DNA of 64,000 bases, taken from Candidatus Marinacidobacterales bacterium (GTDB lineage: Bacteria > Acidobacteriota > Vicinamibacteria > Marinacidobacterales > SMYC01). The DNA lies in contig CBDCYI010000005.1 of the NCBI GenBank assembly GCA_965224085.1, positions 1,216,001 to 1,280,000 of the forward strand, given 5' to 3'. Each line of letters opens with the position of its first letter. The first letter of the stretch is position 1. A program made the translations under genes and the position numbers. Below, one piece after another: positions 59,411-64,000 of the stretch. The notes beneath the pieces are model-generated. The model was not told the origin of the DNA, did not search any database, and saw nothing but the letters and a program-made list of their open reading frames with translations.

Positions 59411-60555
59411 TAGAAAAGACCGGTGGCGGCGCGGGACGCTAAGCCGTAAAGCAGGTTCGCGAAAGGGCCGAGCGCGAGTGCGACGGCGAGCGCCGCGACC
59501 GCGGCGGGCCACGCCTTTCCCTCTTCCGACACCGTCACGCGTGCGATGAGACGCGCGCAGCCGATCCCGACTAGGAAAGTGCTGAGCAGAGCGGCAACGG
59601 TCGCTTCGACCGACAGCGTCGCGAGAAGAGGAAACTTCGTCACGAAGCCTGCAAATGGCGGCAACGACGCGAGCGACAAGGCGAGGATCCAAATAGCGGG
59701 AACGGAACGGCTTTTCTCTCCCGAAACGAGGGAAGCCAAGAGCAGGATGGCTAGCGTCGATGCGGCGAGATGCAGGAGGACGTGGGGGAGCGAAGCTGCT
59801 CCCATCATGGTTCCCAGAATGGCGAGGCCGATCTGCGCAACACCGATCCACGCAAGACACGGCCGCGTGCGCCCCGCGAAGGCGGCACCGAGCCCTCCAA
59901 TCGTCATGCCACCCCACGCCAAGACCGCCCCAAGACCCAACCCGACGGATGGAAGCTCGGGCGACCAAGACACGAGGTGCACCCAATAAGCCACGAGTGC
60001 TACCCCCATTGCCAGCGTTTCGAAACGAGGCTCCGCGCTCGCGGCGAGCCATTTGAGAACGAGCCCGCAGGAGAAAAGCAGGAGACCCATTACGGCCCAT
60101 GGCGACGGCTCGAGAAAAGCCAAATCGGTTCCGCCCATGACGGCGAGGAGCAAAAGACCGGAGATCGAAGTGGCCGAGGCCACGAGGGACAGCGTTCGCG
60201 GCCCCATGTACGCGGGCGACGCCGCTTCGAAACCGACAAAGATCCAGACGACGTTCCGAGTCGAGATGGCGAGTACGAGCGCGGCGGCGGTCCCAAGACG
60301 TCGCGAGCGCGAGGAGGAAGCGTCGACGACCCAGGCGACGGCGAGCTCGACGAGGATCAAACCGGTCAAGAAGAGGCTGAACGGATCGCCATCGAACGTA
60401 CCCGAGCTTCCCCACCGCGCGGCGCGCGCGAGCCAAACCACCGCGGCGAGCGCGGCGCCTGTGGCGACGAGGCCCACACGCGTGCCGCCTCGGTGCTCCG
60501 TCCAAAGAGCACCCAACAGCAGTATCACCGCGGGCGTCGCAGCCACGAGCGTCAC
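59410..60555 (-). CDS. Divergent NuoN-like (Mrp antiporter-like) membrane protein
   Basis: IFVGFE, GL.LK, LSLASLPPFAGFVTKF. Confidence 0.7.
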   Translation of the reverse strand: MTLVAATPAVILLLGALWTEHRGGTRVGLVATGAALAAVVWLARAARWGSSGTFDGDPFSLFLTGLILVELAVAWVVDASSSRSRRLGTAAALVLAISTRNVVWIFVGFEAASPAYMGPRTLSLVASATSISGLLLLAVMGGTDLAFLEPSPWAVMGLLLFSCGLVLKWLAASAEPRFETLAMGVALVAYWVHLVSWSPELPSVGLGLGAVLAWGGMTIGGLGAAFAGRTRPCLAWIGVAQIGLAILGTMMGAASLPHVLLHLAASTLAILLLASLVSGEKSRSVPAIWILALSLASLPPFAGFVTKFPLLATLSVEATVAALLSTFLVGIGCARLIARVTVSEEGKAWPAAVAALAVALALGPFANLLYGLASRAATGLF

Positions 60556-61880
60556 GGCACTTCCTCCGCCACCGCGGACGGCGGAAGCACGTCACGCGCC
60601 ATGGGTGCCAGCAACTCGTGCCACGCCCCCGGAAGCACGATCATCGAAAGGCACCAAAAGGCGACCGGGATAGCGAGCCAAAGCCCGCGCTTAGGTTCCG
60701 CGGGCTCGCGTGCCCGGGCGATCGTCTCGCGCCAAAGGCGGAGCGACAGCATCAAGAAGCCGAGCGCTGCAAGCGCTCCAAAACTTCGCGAATGCGACCA
60801 CTGCGCTGGCAACACCCACAGCAGCGGCGTGACCGTCAGAAACAGAGCGAAAAAACCGAGGAGGGCGCGCGCGTTCGAAAGCGCGAGGCCGGTCACGCCA
60901 GTCGCAAGCACCAGCATTTGGAGCGCCGCCCCGATAACGCCCGGCTCCTGAAACGAAAAGATTCCGACCAGAACGAGCGCTTGGTGGCCGACGACGAGGC
61001 GCGCCCACGGACGCCCAGGCGCAAGCGCGGCATAGCCAAGCGTCACGATCGCGAGACTCAATGCGATATCGCTCCCCAAGAACGCGCCGTTTTTGCAAAT
61101 CGGCAGCACGAGCCGGAACAGGAGATAGCTTCCCGCCAGGCTCGAGAGAGCCCCTACCGCAAGACGCCCCGGACGCGACGCGCTTTCGAGAACCGGCAAC
61201 AGCCCCGACGCGACTGGCAGGACGGGAAGCGCAAACGCGACTCCGGCGAAGGCGACGAGAAAAAGCACCCGCTCTGTATCTGGGTAGAGCACGAGCGCTC
61301 GCAACCGCAAGAGATCCGTCGAAGCGAAGCCGGTCTGCACGAGAACGAGCTGATAACAGTGGACGAAAAAGCCGAATAAGAGTGCGAGGCCGGCAAGCTG
61401 AAACACGAAGTAACGGCGCCGCGCGCCGGCAAAAGGCGCCACCGCAACGAGGAGTCCACCATAGAAAGCCAGGAGAAGATAAGCATCTCGGGCAAGGAAT
61501 AGGCCGAGCGCCATGGACTCGGCGAGCAAGATCCATGTGGCCGCGCGTTCATCGAAGGGCGCTCCCAAAAGCACCACTGTGCTCGCGAGAGCCGTCCAGC
61601 ACACCAAAGCCAGGCTGAAACCGTCGAGACCGAGAACCCAGCTAACCCCCGTCGCTTCGATGAGATTTCGAGATTCCCAGATCCCGTTGGCCGATTCCGA
61701 GCCGAGAAACAGTAAGGCCGTGACGAGCGCGAGGAGCAGCGTCGCCGACGAGCAGATGCGCGTGACCCAGCGCGCTGTCGAGAGGTGCTTTGGGCTCAAT
61801 AGGCCGCAAACAAGACTTCCCGAAGCCGGAACGGCCAAGAGCAGGCTCAAGAGAGGGAACACTGTGGGAAGGCTCATCAA
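60552..61880 (-). CDS. Highly divergent NuoM-like membrane protein
   Basis: GV.W.LGLDGFSL.LV, G.FLA.D, G..GA.LQM. Confidence 0.65.
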   Translation of the reverse strand: MMSLPTVFPLLSLLLAVPASGSLVCGLLSPKHLSTARWVTRICSSATLLLALVTALLFLGSESANGIWESRNLIEATGVSWVLGLDGFSLALVCWTALASTVVLLGAPFDERAATWILLAESMALGLFLARDAYLLLAFYGGLLVAVAPFAGARRRYFVFQLAGLALLFGFFVHCYQLVLVQTGFASTDLLRLRALVLYPDTERVLFLVAFAGVAFALPVLPVASGLLPVLESASRPGRLAVGALSSLAGSYLLFRLVLPICKNGAFLGSDIALSLAIVTLGYAALAPGRPWARLVVGHQALVLVGIFSFQEPGVIGAALQMLVLATGVTGLALSNARALLGFFALFLTVTPLLWVLPAQWSHSRSFGALAALGFLMLSLRLWRETIARAREPAEPKRGLWLAIPVAFWCLSMIVLPGAWHELLAPMARDVLPPSAVAEEVP

Positions 61881-61897
61881 GCGTCGGAAAACCGGGT

Positions 61898-61964
61898 ACT
61901 ATATGGGCTTGCGCAAAAGCGTGTCAAGGATGACTTGACATCCTAGCACCCGCAGTACGACAAT
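61898..61964. promoter_or_regulatory. Back-to-back divergent promoters
   Basis: - strand TTGACA(61927-61922)-18-TATAGT; + strand TTGACA(61935-61940)-18-GACAAT. Confidence 0.55.
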
Positions 61965-62066
61965 GATTCCAGCCGTTAAGTCTAATGCTGACCGACCCCT
62001 ACGCTCTCGCGCGGGCTCGCGGGGGCTCGTTCGCTGGGGGCTTGCCGACGAGAAGAGCTTCTTTCG

Positions 62067-62416
62067 ATGATCACTGGTTTCAATACCGACGTTCCTTACA
62101 AAGGTGAGACCTACCATGTCCAGACCGAGGACAAAGGTAAGGACAACCCGATGGTCGAGTCCCTGATTTATAAGGGCGGCGAGATTCTAGGCGCGCGGCG
62201 GACTGCCTACTCCAAATTCTTGCCCAACGGGGATGACGAAAAAACGTCATCAAGTTCATGGAAGAGCAGCATCGTCGCGTGATCGATGAAGTCAAGCGGG
62301 GCCGCTTCGACAAGGATGGCGGGGTGCTCGAAGACGCGACGAATGTCGGTGACCAGAGCCTCGATCAAGTCATCCTGAACTATTTGGCCGCCAACAAGAA
62401 GGGCGAAAAGAAGTAG
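62067..62416 (+). pseudogene. Hypothetical gene interrupted by a 1-nt frameshift at an A6 run (or a sequencing error)
   Basis: MITGFNTD...YHVQTED; adding one A at 62239-62244 continues NVIKFMEEQHRRVIDEVKRGRFD...SLDQVILNYLAANKKGEKK* ending 6 nt before thiS. Confidence 0.7.
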
Positions 62417-62422
62417 CGCTCT

Positions 62423-62638
62423 TTGGCTGACATCGCTTTGCAGATTCGGCTGAACGGACAGGAACACGAGCTCCCCGACTATGTAACCATCCACGCTCTG
62501 TTGGACAAGCTCGGGATCGAGGCCGAGCGCGTTGCCGTCGAAGTCAATCGCCGCATCTTGACACGCTCGGAGTTCACCGCCGTCACTGTGGAGCAAGGCG
62601 ATGAGATCGAAGTCGTCACGTTCGTCGGTGGCGGCTGA
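62423..62638 (+). CDS. thiS: Sulfur carrier protein ThiS
   Basis: LNG, VAVEVN, GD.IEVVTFVGGG. Confidence 0.93.
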   Translation: MADIALQIRLNGQEHELPDYVTIHALLDKLGIEAERVAVEVNRRILTRSEFTAVTVEQGDEIEVVTFVGGG

Positions 62639-62656
62639 TCGCGATTCGCAGTAAGC

Positions 62657-63442
62657 TTGGTTCCCATGCGCATCGCGGACAAAGAGCTCGGCTCGCGTCT
62701 CATTCTCGGGACGGGCAAGTATGCGAGCTTCGATCTCATGCGCGCCTGCCACGAGATTTCGGGTACGGAGATCGTCACGGTCGCTGTACGCCGCGTCAAC
62801 TTGACCGACCGCTCGAAAGAGACGCTGCTCGACTGCATCGATCGCGAAAGGTTCATGCTGCTCCCGAATACAGCGGCGTGCTACACCGAGGATGACGCTG
62901 TGCGCACCGCCCGGCTCGGGCGCGAGGCGGGGCTTTCGAACTGGGTCAAGCTCGAAGTGATTGGCGACGAACGGACGTTGTTTCCCGATACCGCAGCTCT
63001 CGTGAAAGCAACCCAGACACTCGTGAAGGAAGGCTTCGTCGTCCTGCCTTATACGAATGACGACGTCGTCGTCGCGAAAAAGCTCGAGGATGCAGGCGCC
63101 GTGGCGGTCATGCCGCTCGGCGCCCCCATCGGCTCGGGCCTCGGGATCCAGAACCCGAACAACTTGCTGTTGATACGAGAGGCGATTTCCGTCCCGATGA
63201 TCGTCGATGCCGGAGTCGGCACAGCTTCCGACGCCGCCGTCGCGATGGAGCTCGGCGCGGACGGCGTTCTGATGAACACCGCCATCGCCGAAGCCAAAGA
63301 CCCGGTCAAGATGGCCGATGCGATGAAGCGCGCCATTGTCGCGGGACGGCTCGCCTTCGAAGCAGGCAGGATGCCGAGACGGCGCTATGCGAGCGCGAGC
63401 AGCCCTATCGAGGGCGTCGTGGGAAGCAGCAATATTTCTTGA
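62657..63442 (+). CDS. thiG: Thiazole synthase
   Basis: [39 protein letters not shown]. Confidence 0.96.
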   Translation: MVPMRIADKELGSRLILGTGKYASFDLMRACHEISGTEIVTVAVRRVNLTDRSKETLLDCIDRERFMLLPNTAACYTEDDAVRTARLGREAGLSNWVKLEVIGDERTLFPDTAALVKATQTLVKEGFVVLPYTNDDVVVAKKLEDAGAVAVMPLGAPIGSGLGIQNPNNLLLIREAISVPMIVDAGVGTASDAAVAMELGADGVLMNTAIAEAKDPVKMADAMKRAIVAGRLAFEAGRMPRRRYASASSPIEGVVGSSNIS

Positions 63443-63452
63443 TGTAAGCGCC

Positions 63453-64000
63453 TTGTCCACAGAGCCTACCGTCTCCGAACTCAAAGAAAAACTTCACGAA
63501 GAAGAAGAGTTCTACGCCGAGCTACTTGCGAAGCTCGACGCGCTCTCGGGGACGCGCGCCCCTTACGACCAGGACGGCACCATCCCGGAGCTACTCGCAA
63601 GTCTCAATCAGTCCAGCGCGCTCACCGCACCGGATTCGGGGGCGACTACAGATGGCGCAGAAGGCGGCGGCTTAAAAGGGCTCGCGCGAGCTATCGCCCG
63701 GCGCCTCGTCGAGCCCGAGCTTCAAGCACTCGGTCGCGCGCTCAAGCAGCAGCGAAGCTTCAACTCGAGCCTCGTGCAGTTCTTGAATCGCTTCGCCGAG
63801 ACCTCGAATCGCGCCGCAGCCGCGCAAGCCGAGTTCACCTCGGCGCTCGTCGGATTTTCCCAGCGCATCGACCGGTTGGCCGACGCCAAGGACCGGCTCT
63901 ACGCGTGCCTCGGCAACGAGCGCGCCGATTTGCTGCTTCAAGCAATGGACCAGCGTGTCGAGCGTGTGCAGCTCGGCGTCCGTGCTATCAAACAACGGGT
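63453..64000 (+). CDS. 5' part of a coiled-coil-rich protein running off the window edge
   Basis: Manual reading from TTG 63453: MSTEPTVSELKEKLHEEEEFYAELL... open to the window end. Confidence 0.6.
   Translation, partial: MSTEPTVSELKEKLHEEEEFYAELLAKLDALSGTRAPYDQDGTIPELLASLNQSSALTAPDSGATTDGAEGGGLKGLARAIARRLVEPELQALGRALKQQRSFNSSLVQFLNRFAETSNRAAAAQAEFTSALVGFSQRIDRLADAKDRLYACLGNERADLLLQAMDQRVERVQLGVRAIKQR

Noticed and set aside
62236-62247. Programmed -1 frameshift site
   Set aside because: In-frame codons GAA AAA ACG do not fit the X XXY YYZ phase

Overview
GC-rich bacterial core-genome window. The likely source is Acidobacteriota (inferred from the RpoA N-terminus [12 protein letters not shown], the Cys-rich RpoB insertion and gene order). 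About 3.7-52 kb is a minus-strand supercluster: alpha, spc, S10 and str operons, rpoBC, rplL-rplJ-rplA-rplK-nusG-secE, two apparently identical tuf copies, six tRNAs, rlmB-ispF-ispD-plsC-yacL-radA-dnaB, rplI-rpsR-rpsF-pth-rplY-prs-spoVG-ispE and a TPR/LolB-like pair. The left flank holds pilM/pilN-like genes and an EF-G paralogue. The right flank holds an O-antigen ligase, an HldE kinase, purH, hypotheticals, selA, a degenerate NuoM/NuoN-like pair and thiS-thiG. No CRISPR array, prophage or transposase is visible. The most notable unexplained signals are: a 189-bp MITE-like element inserted at the rpoC stop codon; tRNA-Trp overlapping the rpmG stop codon; thiS and thiG in one frame separated by a single UGA and a hairpin, near selA; a YacL missing its PIN domain; a NuoM-like protein lacking its charged residues; and several small repeat families, one of them inside rpsQ. 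I cannot establish a wholly new system from sequence alone.
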